A DNA stretch of 61,333 bases, counting the filler, from Basidiobolus ranarum (taxonomy: Eukaryota): NCBI GenBank assembly GCA_040143965.1. It is 10 parts of 10 records of this genome, joined end to end, with 100 filler letters (N's around TTAATTAATTAA, not from the genome) between each part and the next. Parts side by side here need not be neighbours in the genome. Positions count along the whole stretch, not along the records: positions 30,757 to 36,798 come from JASJQH010001429.1; positions 36,899 to 42,936 come from JASJQH010001430.1; positions 43,037 to 49,072 come from JASJQH010001431.1; 7 more parts are not named here. One strand, 5' to 3'. Positions 34,973 to 45,732 of the stretch are shown one piece after another; positions within the stretch are counted from its first letter, which is position 1, and every line of letters starts with the position of its first letter. Below the pieces are notes generated by a model, which was not told the DNA's origin, made no database searches, and worked only from the letters and a program-made list of their open reading frames with translations. Made by a program: the position numbers and the translations under genes.

Positions 34973-36338
34973 TTTGATATATCTCTGAACGAATCGTCAG
35001 GGATATTTATAACTATAGTTCCAAAAATGTGAGTAGTGTCGATTGGCTCATTTTGGTCATTATGTTTACCAAAGTTATTATTATATATTAAGCCTGCTTC
35101 AAACTATCCGGGATTTCGGAAATATACAAATACTGCATATATTAGCAACAACCGTAGTGAACCGTTTACAACTGTCAGTTTTGGTGTTACTGTGGCGTTG
35201 TTGGTCAAAAACACATGTGTACGCATCCTTCCAACACCTTATATATATATATCCACATAATTCGATTACAAATAGTTGTTTGCTTACATGTCGTTGCAGC
35301 AGAACATTGGGTTATGCTGATAAAACCTTCACATAACTCTGTGAGTGATGTTCAGTTACCTTACGATACCGGTTAAATGGAAATATTACTTATTCTGGAA
35401 TATGGATCCGCAGTATTCAGGATTGGAGCTAGACACGTAGAAGTATTATCAAGCATAGGAATGTGATCCAAACACCTTCCAAGCATTTGTACCTGCACCA
35501 GTGCTTGGACGCTACCACACCCTTTCTTTCACTGCTGGTATTCGTGTTGCATCGTGGCAGCCCGATGGAAAAAGTAACAGATTGTGCTTGCAACTAATTA
35601 CATCACTGACTACAAATCTTTACAATTTAGACACCAGTCCCAAAATATATTCCTTTCATACACGAAACTATTCAACAAGCTACAGTTGGTTTATTTGAAG
35701 TAATCCACGCTTCCGTGTTATGAGTTTGCCACAGAATCTCTGTCATGAAATACCCCATCCCTAACCCAATGGATATAGGCCGATGGACGAATGCAGGGAA
35801 GTTATTCATGTATGAAGTAAACATGCTAAGGCTCAACGGATCGTTATTGGAAGGATGAGTGCCTGTAGTTAGTCTATCTCCTAAATGCATATCATTGGCT
35901 CTGTAAGGATATTGTTATACCCGCGATACGACACCTGGTAAATTTATAAATCTGCACAGCAAAAAACGCGATGTTGAAGGGTAGCAACAATAGCGGTTAC
36001 CTAAGGCAGAAGGTTTTGAATACGTGATATAGTTAGCAGATCTGAACGTTATAGTTGTGTATGCCATATCGTATTTTGATATAAACATTGACTAAAGCAC
36101 AATTCATATCAGGAAAATCATTAAGCAAGCCGCATCTCGGACCATTCATATCCGGATCCGCAGCTAATGATCTGAAGATAAAGCTAACCCTAACTCACGC
36201 TTCCAATTCTAGGATTGATCTTGAATGGACTACTTGCTTTGGTGTATAGATCAGTGGATAAATGGAAAAACGGGTGACAACGACATCAACAAATCTAGTA
36301 TAAGATGCCCTCATGCCATGGATGAAACTTCAGTAAAC

Positions 36339-36798
36339 ATGGCATTCCAGCATTCTACAACAGGTGAAGAAGTAGCAGACAGGTTCTCTAACCAAATTGA
36401 TGGAAAGGTCATTCTATTGACTGGTGCTACATGGGGAGGACTTGGTGCTGAGACTGTTCGTATTCTTTCCAAACACAATCCTCGGTTGGTCATCATGGCA
36501 GGAAGAAAACAGGAAGCTTTGGATGAAACGATATCGAAAATTCGCCAAGAGACGCCCAATGTTCAACTCCGCGCACTATTGCTTGATCTTGGGAGTTTAG
36601 ACTCCATTAAAGAGGCAGCTGCACAGGTGAATAAATACAGCGAAAATATTGATGTATTGATCAACAATGCCGGCGTGATGGCATCTCCATACTTTACAAC
36701 CAAAGATGGGTTTGAAGGCCAATTTGGAACCAATCACCTTCATACTTGGTTACCCGATGCGATGGAGGGACCAACACCAGTATCAGCATTAATACATG
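36339..36798 (+). CDS. Second SDR paralog, divergent; similarity ends after GTNHL (about 36740), truncated
   Basis: LTGATWGGLGAE, INNAGVMASPY, FGTNHL. Confidence 0.85.
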
Positions 36799-36898
36799 NN
36801 NNNNNNNNNNNNNNNNNNNNNNNNNNNNNNNNNNNNNNNNNNTTAATTAATTAANNNNNNNNNNNNNNNNNNNNNNNNNNNNNNNNNNNNNNNNNNNN

Positions 36899-37066
36899 GA
36901 CTACTTTGCCTAACTTTGATTGAGGCCCACAAAATAATTTTCCTCTATACTTTCCTGCTACAATGCTATATCTCTTTAGGAAACCAAAGCTATGTTCTAC
37001 TCTTGCTCTCAAATGGGAAAAAATGTCATTATAAAGCTTTTGCCTCTCTGTGAGTATCCCTCCTCT
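36899..37066 (-). mobile_element. PIF/Harbinger-IS5-like DDE transposase C-terminal fragment
   Basis: RGGILTERQKLYNDIFSHLRARVEHSFGFLKRY fits the YN..S..R..VE..FG.LK signature. Confidence 0.7.
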
Positions 37067-38552
37067 GGCCTCATATCTTTCTATATTGCTATCAGAGTTG
37101 CAGTTTGTTGAAGTTTATTGTCTTTATCATATTTGTATCTCTGTCTTTATACACATAACTATTTCATATATCATATATAAGTTAGTTAACATTACTTAGT
37201 CAAATATCACTTAGCTGAAAATCGGAGCATATATTATATATATATGTGAATAATGTGAGAATTAGCAATTCCATATTGGAAATTTCAAACTCATCCAAAT
37301 TGCCCCAAAGATAGCTCATTTTACTCCCACAGATGGTCTGAACACAACCCCAGTGTTAGTTTTCTGTATTTCCACCAAAATATATAAATGCTTTATTTCT
37401 GGACAATAAATAATTATCTCGCAAAGCTATTCCACAACTCCAGTTTCCTAAAGTTCCTCCAAACAGCACATATTTTCCCAATACAGTTAACTTGAAACAT
37501 CCATAGGTAGCCAATTGATTTTCTATCATCAGGTAAGTTGGTAAAAATCCAAGTTTGATTATCAATCAAGGGCAGGTGCCCATAAGCCCTTTCAGATCTT
37601 TAATATTTATTTGATGGCCATTCAGGGTCTTTTTTACAGTCTGGGGTTCATGTATCTGAGCTGTGCAGGCATAGGCCCAATTTTGGGATGCATTGATAAA
37701 ATAAGCAGGGCTATTTCTGAATCAATTTGATCTCCTTGTTTGAAATAAAGGTGTTACAACTTCAGGCATTGCATTGGGCACTTCTGTATGTAGAATTTTG
37801 ATTGCAGAGTCCACAGAATTGTTTCTTTTGTCATTGCTTTGGTTTGAATGAATTTGAATGTTTGGATCAGGAAAAAGTTGATTTTGGTCTTTATCTGAGA
37901 TCATTTTGGGTGGAAATTTTTCATTGTCATACAACAAAAAAATCCCTGTACTTGATTATCTTGGAAATATTGGTATCATAGTGTCTGTAGGCCTTAGTTT
38001 TGGTACAATAGCCTAAAAATATGCATTTCTTACTTTTTGGATCAAATTTAGACTGATTCTTTGTCACAATTTTGACATAAGCAATGCATCCAAAGATCCT
38101 CAAATATTTAACATCAGGTTTATCTACAAATCAACCTTGATATGGTGTAGAGTTAGACACACTTCTAGTAAAACTTCTATTCTTCAGATATATAGCTCTA
38201 TCAATAGATTCCACTCAAAAGTTATGAGATAAATTTTGTGCATTTATCATCAATCTTGCCATTTCTATTATAGTCCTGTTAGCTTTGTCAGCAACTCCAT
38301 TTTGTTGAGGTGAATAGGGGGCCATGGTGGCTTGCTTAATTCCATAAACTTTGCAAAAGCACTTAAATAGTGTTGAAGTATATTCTCCACCATTATCACT
38401 ATGTATTTTCTTGATTTTAGTTGCAGTCTCAGTCTTCACAAGTGTTTTACAATCTCTAAAGATAGACAGAGCTTCTTCTATTCTTTCCATAAAGTGGACC
38501 TAAGTGTATCTTGTATAATCATCAATAAATGTGATTAAATATCTTTTCCATC
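37067..38552 (-). mobile_element. Copia internal fragment (integrase core to RT start), interrupted by a solo LTR
   Basis: YLITFIDDYTR, HSDNGGEY, PQQNGVADKANRT, LRIFGCIAY, CIFLGY; RT start WMFQV|NCNSDSNIERYEAR. Confidence 0.9.
37106..37483 (+). mobile_element. Solo LTR (family D) with 5-bp target-site duplication CAGTT
   Basis: TGTTG..CAATA termini; CAGTT at 37101-37105 and 37484-37488. Removing it restores the RT frame. Second copy at 42594-42936. Confidence 0.85.
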
Positions 38553-38568
38553 TGATGTACCATCTGAT

Positions 38569-39192
38569 GTTCCTGGGACCTTTGTTAACACATTCTACAT
38601 GTTAGTTTGTTTACATCATGACAAAACAATAAATGTCTACTTTCTACTCAATAAATCAACAAGTGAAAACCACCAATTTTCTACTACTCCAAACCACTTT
38701 CAACAGGCCACCAGATACTTTAATAGCCTTTTCATCTTAATATTCCAAACTTGATAATTGGTTCCATCCAATTTTTCAGAAGAGGGAAAAGTTCCATGAA
38801 CTTGAGAAGTAGACATTATAGAAAGGGCAAGATCAGGGCTCATAACCTGTTAAAGTGTTTAGGATCCTGTTTGAAGTGGTTTGGAGAATTAGAAAATTGG
38901 TGGTTTTCACTTGTTGATTTATTGAGTAGAAAGTTGACATTTATAGTTTTGCCAAGATGTAAACAAACTAACATGTAGAATGAGTTAAGGAAGGTTGTAG
39001 GAATATGTGTGCAAAGTTTGGGGCTTCTAGCACAAGTTTGAAAAATCTATATCTGAGAACTTCTAAGTAGGTAAAAATATTCCAAGTAATTTCCGATTGA
39101 GAATAATGGATAATATCTTAGTTCATTATAAGATAACTAAGTACTAAGCTATATATGACTATATAGGTGTTTAGGCAATGCTAACTTCAACA
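38569..39192 (-). mobile_element. Copia 5' end: family B LTR 38848-39192, PBS 38834-38847, gag start; interrupted by a + strand partial LTR (38569-38724)
   Basis: PBS GGTTATGAGCCCTG; gag MSTSQVHGTFPSSEKLDGTNYQVWNIKMK. Confidence 0.9.
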
Positions 39193-40195
39193 CAAATGGT
39201 TTAATTCTTCAGCATCTCAGGATTGCACTACCATCATACGAAAGGGGTATAAAAAGGAGACATATGATCTGTGTTGAAAAGGAGAGCATGAAGAAGGGTA
39301 ATTCGCACCAAAATAATGAGGCATTAGTGATTCTTGATCAGAAAATATTGGTTTGTCTGGGTGCGAGATGAAAAACAGCAGCAACGAATGGTTTCGATGC
39401 ATCTAGGTCGCTGAAACCATCTACTTTGTTTTACATATTTCAGCATGGAAGACTCTGAGCAACTGAAACGCATCGACCGTTCAACATGCAAGCAGCCACG
39501 AAATATGTGCTATAGCCGAAATATTTGTTTTTTTACGTAGATTGACATGGCTCTCTAAGGCAAAGGCGATGCTGCCCTTCTGGTGGTATTTCCAACCCTT
39601 CTTCAACCATAACATCCACTTCTTCAAGTACTTCATTGGTGGCGCGGAAAAGATCGATGAGAGCGGCAACACCTGGAAGACCCTCAAAACTGTTATATAA
39701 GGAGAACGAAAATATCAACATTACTGGCAACAATAGACTCTGAGGTAATGCGTAAACCAGCTCGTTTTTTTGTTCATGACTTCATAAACCTTTTCTTCTT
39801 AATACAGTTTGTTTTATATTTGAAGCAGGGATACAGCGCCGAGTTTCTCTTCAGTAATAAGGCCGAGCAACATATCAGCACAGCTACGGCAAGATGAAAA
39901 AAGAAGGGAATTCCCTTACTAGAGACTGGAGAGACATATGACAGTAGGATGATTGGCTTCGAAGTACCCTAGGTAACACCAACTTAACAGTGATGTACGA
40001 TGGCAGTGATTGGTGGATTTCGGAGTTCTAATCGATTTTGCTTTTTAATATCGTCGTCGACTTTCACTTCCATATCTACCTTATCTTTGACCACACCTTA
40101 AGGCCCCCCAAGCCTACAGACCTTCATCCACAATTTCTTCCCATTTCTCTCCTGTCGCGAAGTGCCTAAGGCACAGGCTTGCAAAGCCCATAATT

Positions 40196-41023
40196 GTGGT
40201 GGTTTTATTCTCCATCCCCTTCCTCCTCTCCCTCACCCAATACGCACGAGAGAAGTCATGCATTTCATCCGACAAAGGCTGCTTCATCTTCCGTCCTCAC
40301 GTAAAGCTGGCTTTCATCACCTCCTACTACAAGCCAAAGGATCCCGAACGAGGCGCAGAGCTCGACATTTGTCTTGCCAGTGTCATGGCCAGTCCGTTCT
40401 TTGACCAAATCCACGTCCTTGTCGAACCCGCCGATAAGCCCATCCCTTCCTTTGCCTCCGTCGACCCAAGAACCAAGCAGACCGAGCTCACTACCCGCCC
40501 ACTCATGGGCGACTTTATCCAATATGCCTGCGACCACCTTATAAACCATCGAGTGATTTTTTCCAACGCGGACATTCTTTTCGACTCGTCGCTCGAATAT
40601 TTCACAAAGGTGGCGGACGACGTCTTTGATGAGCACTTTTATGCCATCTCACGCTGGAGACTCGATAGCAAAGGCGAAGATCTTGAAGGCAGACACGTGG
40701 GCGACCCTGTAGGGATGACGCCCCATCCATACCCAGGATACGGGAGCTACGACACCTTTGTGTTCAAGCCCCGGACGATCTGCTTGGATAAGGCGAAATT
40801 AAAGGATATGGTCGGGAGCTTGAACTACACCTTGGGCGTTCTGGGATCAGAGAACCGACTTTTGTACGAGGTCAAGAGACAGTACCCTGACATCAAAATG
40901 GCCAATGTCTATCGGGAGGTCAGGACTGTTCATCTGCATAAGGACACTGGCCGTTCGAGAGATTGGTATAATCGTGTCAACGAAAATGGTAAGAGTCACT
41001 ATATTGAAGATACCGGTCCTTAA
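40196..41023 (+). CDS. Intronless type II membrane GT-A-like protein (putative glycosyltransferase); true start unclear
   Basis: N-terminal hydrophobic stretch; IFSNADILFD, YAISRW, SYDTFVF, LGVLGSENRL, TVHLH. No in-frame ATG back to the stop at 40088. Confidence 0.65.
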   Translation: MVVLFSIPFLLSLTQYAREKSCISSDKGCFIFRPHVKLAFITSYYKPKDPERGAELDICLASVMASPFFDQIHVLVEPADKPIPSFASVDPRTKQTELTTRPLMGDFIQYACDHLINHRVIFSNADILFDSSLEYFTKVADDVFDEHFYAISRWRLDSKGEDLEGRHVGDPVGMTPHPYPGYGSYDTFVFKPRTICLDKAKLKDMVGSLNYTLGVLGSENRLLYEVKRQYPDIKMANVYREVRTVHLHKDTGRSRDWYNRVNENGKSHYIEDTGP

Positions 41024-42593
41024 TATTGTATATGACAGATGGTATGCATTGTCTTTTTTGAGAGCTTAAAGTTTTAGATTCTATATTTGGAATAAATGAA
41101 TGTCGTTACAGATTTAAATATTGCTATATAGCTATGAAAATCTGATAGAGTACTATAGCAAGATGAGTGTGGAAGACTGCTGGATACAGAGGGGGGAAGT
41201 ACGCGCTGCAATAACATATATAAATTATTGTACTACTTATAACAATGCAGGCCTGATTGTTGCATTATGGATGAGAGCCATTGATGCTCTCTGAGTGTGT
41301 TACTAAAATAGTCCATTGATGTCTTTAGAGGCAAAGCATGTTCAACTTCAATGAAGTAAAAGGAGGGCTAATATATGTAGTACTTGGACCCTAAACAAAT
41401 GGCTTTCACCAACCATCTGGTTTTTGGAAGGCAAGGAACTCTCAATGATTGAAAGGATTTTGTTGGAAGCAATTCTGAAGAAAAGTTAGTCTGGGCTGTT
41501 TAAGTATTTTAGGAGCCTGTTGGAAGTGGCTTGCAGAACTAGAGAAATTGGTGGTGTTTACTGATTGAATTATGGAGTTTAAAGTAGAAATGGGCAGGAT
41601 TTCAACCAGGGATCTCCTCAAATCTGGTATGATGCTCAAACACTGAGCTACCTGTCCTTATAATATAGTATCTAATCAGGCTGATACTTACCTGTTACCT
41701 GTATGTAGCTATTGCTTGATATCTATATCTATAATATGATGATAAAGTCCTCCTGTAAGGTATACAAGGGCAAGTTAGCTGCGTACCTCCTCTATAAGGC
41801 AATTACTGCTTACATGTTTGATATCTGATCTCAGCTGATTAGAGCAACAGAGTTATTTTAATTTCATATATGTAGAGATATCAGGATTTAGAGGTAAGAT
41901 TATATGGTTTATGGTAAGGTTGCTGTTCACAATCCTTTTAGAAAGAAATAATATGAAGATAATAAATTCAATCAATAGCACATTAATTATATATATATTA
42001 AGGCACTCTATCATCAATTGGCATTGAAAAATAGCTTAATTTTGCTTTGGGAAAGATTTTCCCAAAGTTACTTGCTTATACTGCCATTGTTAAGTATATT
42101 ACATTTCAAACCACTAACATGGTAGCTATGAATCATGTTCACAACTATATATCAAAAGCCCTTAAATGCTCAAGATGGTATTTGTTGACAGGCTAATTGC
42201 TTTGGAGTTATGCAAGCTGCTAGTTTCATAGGCAGTTTGATAGACTATAATAGTATAATTTAGCTTACTTTGTAACTAGTACTAAAAGAAACTCTGCCTT
42301 TTTATTACAGGAGATCTCAAACTGCGTTACCATAGAAACAATTACTAATGCTACAAAGGCAGAATATGTGTACCCACATGGGAGAGAGAATTTTGTGGCT
42401 TTGTGTGTTTCCAAATTTGAGTGAGATTTGTAAGATAGGACAGTATGAAGTCATTACACAATAATCTCAATTATGAAAAGCTGAATATAGAGAAATTGAA
42501 GAATGATATATCAAATAACAAGTAAAAACTACCAAGGTAGTGATAAGCAAAGTTTACTTCTATAACTTTTTGACTGCTTTTTCACTATAAACC

Positions 42594-42936
42594 TGTTGAA
42601 GTTTATTATCTTTATCATATTTGTTATCTCTATCTTTATACACCTAACAATTTCATATATCACATATAAGTTAGTAAACATTACTTAGTCAAATATCACT
42701 AAGCTGAAAATCAAAACATATATTATATATATATGTGAATAAATGGAGAATTAGCAATTCCATATTGGGAATTTCAAGCTGGTCCAAATTGCCCCAAAGA
42801 TAGCTCATTTTACTCCCACAGATGCTCTGAACACAACCCCAGTATTAGTTTTCTGTATTTCCACCAAAATGTATAAATGCTTTATTTCTGGACAATAAAT
42901 AATTATCTCACAAAGCTATTCACAACTCCACTTTTC
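42594..42936 (+). mobile_element. Family D LTR, truncated by contig end
   Basis: Close direct match to 37106-37448. Confidence 0.85.
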
Positions 42937-43036
42937 NNNNNNNNNNNNNNNNNNNNNNNNNNNNNNNNNNNNNNNNNNNNTTAATTAATTAANNNNNNNN
43001 NNNNNNNNNNNNNNNNNNNNNNNNNNNNNNNNNNNN

Positions 43037-44348
43037 ACCACTATCATCACTACAATTAGTGGCCAAGGGGGTACCGAGGTGACTACAAGGAGGTAATTTC
43101 GACAACTCTCCGATGACGAGAAGACTGAATTCATTACAGCAGTCAATACTTTAAAACAGAGTGGTATTTACGACCAGTTGGTAAATGTACATTTGTCTTA
43201 TGTTCCTCATGCACATTCAACTGCTCCTTTCTTCTCGTGGCATCGGATCTTCATTTATTACTTCGAAAGCGCTTTGCGCTCAGTAAATCCTAATGTGATG
43301 TTGCCATATTGGGTAAGTGCTTGCTGAGTTTATCATATCTCTTGTTCCATTCTCTCCCAGATTCTTCTCTCTTTCAACCCTGTACAGCTTGATTTACTTT
43401 CCATTGGCGTTTTAGGATTGCACAATTGAGGCGAGAAGCCCGGAGAATAGTGAACTCTGGAGATGGATAGGTGGGAATGGAGGTAACAATCGAGATAGCT
43501 GCCTAGTTGAAGGACCATTTGGTGGATGGGAAGCGCCGTTCCCAAGACGTCACTGCTTGGCCAGAAGATGGGATGGTGGTCGTCGTATCTCATCATTTTG
43601 GACACGTCAATCAATCAATAATATCATTCGTCGCTCTCGTAGTTATGATGAACTTCGGGAATATATCGAGCCTGGGCCTCATGCTAACGTCCATTTTGGC
43701 ATCGGTGGGGATTTCAGGGTGATGTCCAGTCCGAACGAGTATGTCTCTAACCATGTATCTGTTGAATTTTGTACTCGCCTCTATTAGAATTAACCTGTGG
43801 TTCATTTATACTCTAGTCCTCTCTTCTGGATGCATCATGCCTTCATAGATAAGATCTGGGCTGACTGGCAGGATGCCAACCCATGGATAGCCAACGATTA
43901 CAGTGGAGTCAACAAAATGGATGGCAGCCAAGCCACTCTAAACGATCCACTGGATCCCTTTGGATACACAGTTGCAGACATTGTAAGCACTACCTCTTTA
44001 TGCTATCGCTATTCTGAAGGTCGAGCTCGTCGTGCAGTGGACTTTGATAAACGAGCTATCATTGACGAGTCGGTGGACGTATTGTTAAACGCTCTCAACT
44101 CCACCATCACTTTGGAAGAGTTGCTAGATAGCATCATAGATATGAAACAACCCAATTATGCGGAATTGTTTAACCTACCGGATGCTTTTAATCGAGATGA
44201 GAAAGTGATGAACATTCCGGTGGCACTTGATCTAGAATACATTAAGATGTACGGGTTTGATGCACGTAAGGTACGACTTCTTGAAGTAGAGAATGCACTT
44301 TGGACTCGAAAATTCAACCAATTAGCCACCCCAGATTCCAAGATTTAG
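43037..44348 (+). CDS. Tyrosinase / type-3 dicopper protein, 5' truncated, 2 introns, with one in-frame TAA at 43094
   Basis: CuA: VH..HAH...FFSWHR; LPYW/D; CuB: PHANVH..SSPNDPLFWMHHAFIDKIW. Introns 43313-43415 and 43739-43816. Confidence 0.9.
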
Positions 44349-45732
44349 TTAGGAGTGATACTAGTAGAAACCCCCCTATTTATCCCCAATTCCTGATACT
44401 CTTTGTACTAAGTTTATACCAAGTCGCTCATTACTTGTTAAAAGTATTGGCAACATACAACCGAGTCATGATTTTCTATTAGCAGACGACTGAAGCAAAA
44501 CACTACTTATTAATCACCTGCTATGGCTCAATACAAAACTCACGATTAATAACAACTTGTCTTTGTTAATAATAATCTATACCTTATAATTACCCTGTTA
44601 GTAGCACTTATTTATTCCATCTACCCCTAAACACAGCTTTCTATGGAGTAGCACAGTTTGCTTGGAAATCACCATGAGCTTACTCAATGCTGAATTATAG
44701 CGTTTGTAGGGTGGGAAAATGGTCGAACTTAGAAGCCTCATAGGCCAATTAAGGGCTCAAGTGAGCATTGTAAATAAGTGAATGAAACACTACACTGCTC
44801 TATTGGATAAAATGTTTAACTCAAGTCGGTGGCCAGTTTACATGGCTAACATATCGACCTTCAGTTCACAATGTGCTTTATTTCAGATAAATAAAGCAGT
44901 AAATACGATACGTTTTCGCATTTCACACTCCCAATGGAAATCATTGCCTCTACAGTATCTGATTGTGTGTATAATTCGTCTCAATGTCACTTGGTCATTC
45001 CCCTATTGGCTCATTAGCTAACCGAGGTTTATCACTCAGTGGAAAGTAAGGCTACAATCTCATTTGATGGTTGTGATACTATCCCCTCAAGTTCTAACTT
45101 CAATTTTCAAAAAGATACTGACAGATTCTAAAGTGGATCAAAGATAAAGCTGTGGCCAAGCAATAGATTAGATGTACAAAACAGTATTTACTACGCATAT
45201 CTATATTATACTAGTCTGTTTGAGGCACCCCATTAAGCTCGATAATCTCATCCAGTGGTATCGGTATCCCGGGGAATAATCTCCTTCGAGTGTTGAGACT
45301 ATATGCTCGGTAACCAGCTCGGACAGGTATTTGGAGGTATGGAGGAATCTAAGAGATACCATATTAAATCCCTTTACCTTTATTCACTAAAAGTCCAAAC
45401 ATCTCAAGTGGTGTTACTGATGTAGAGGCATCCCTAATAAATAATCTTGGCTCATTGCCATAAAAACTGATCATGTTGACTATCACACAAACAATGGATC
45501 CAAAGAGATCCTTTCTCTAATCCCATACAAGCACCCTTATTGTGACAGATGGTGACTGTATAACCGTTCAAGCATTCTCAGGTAACACGATAGCCATACG
45601 TATCAGAGATACAAATCCTTAATTTTGTTCTAGACATTTTATTCTAAAATAAACTGAGTAAAATGAGGACTATGACATGGGTGAGAGTATACATAATAGT
45701 TGTAATGGTAAGAAATTAACTGGTGCCTTGTA

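Noticed and set aside
39200-39900. Coding-like fragments on the minus strand
   Set aside because: No consistent frame or recognisable family could be assembled.
41684-41694. ATACTTACCTG resembling the U1 snRNA 5' end
   Set aside because: No U1 stem-loops or Sm site follow; it equally reads as a minus-strand splice donor or chance match.
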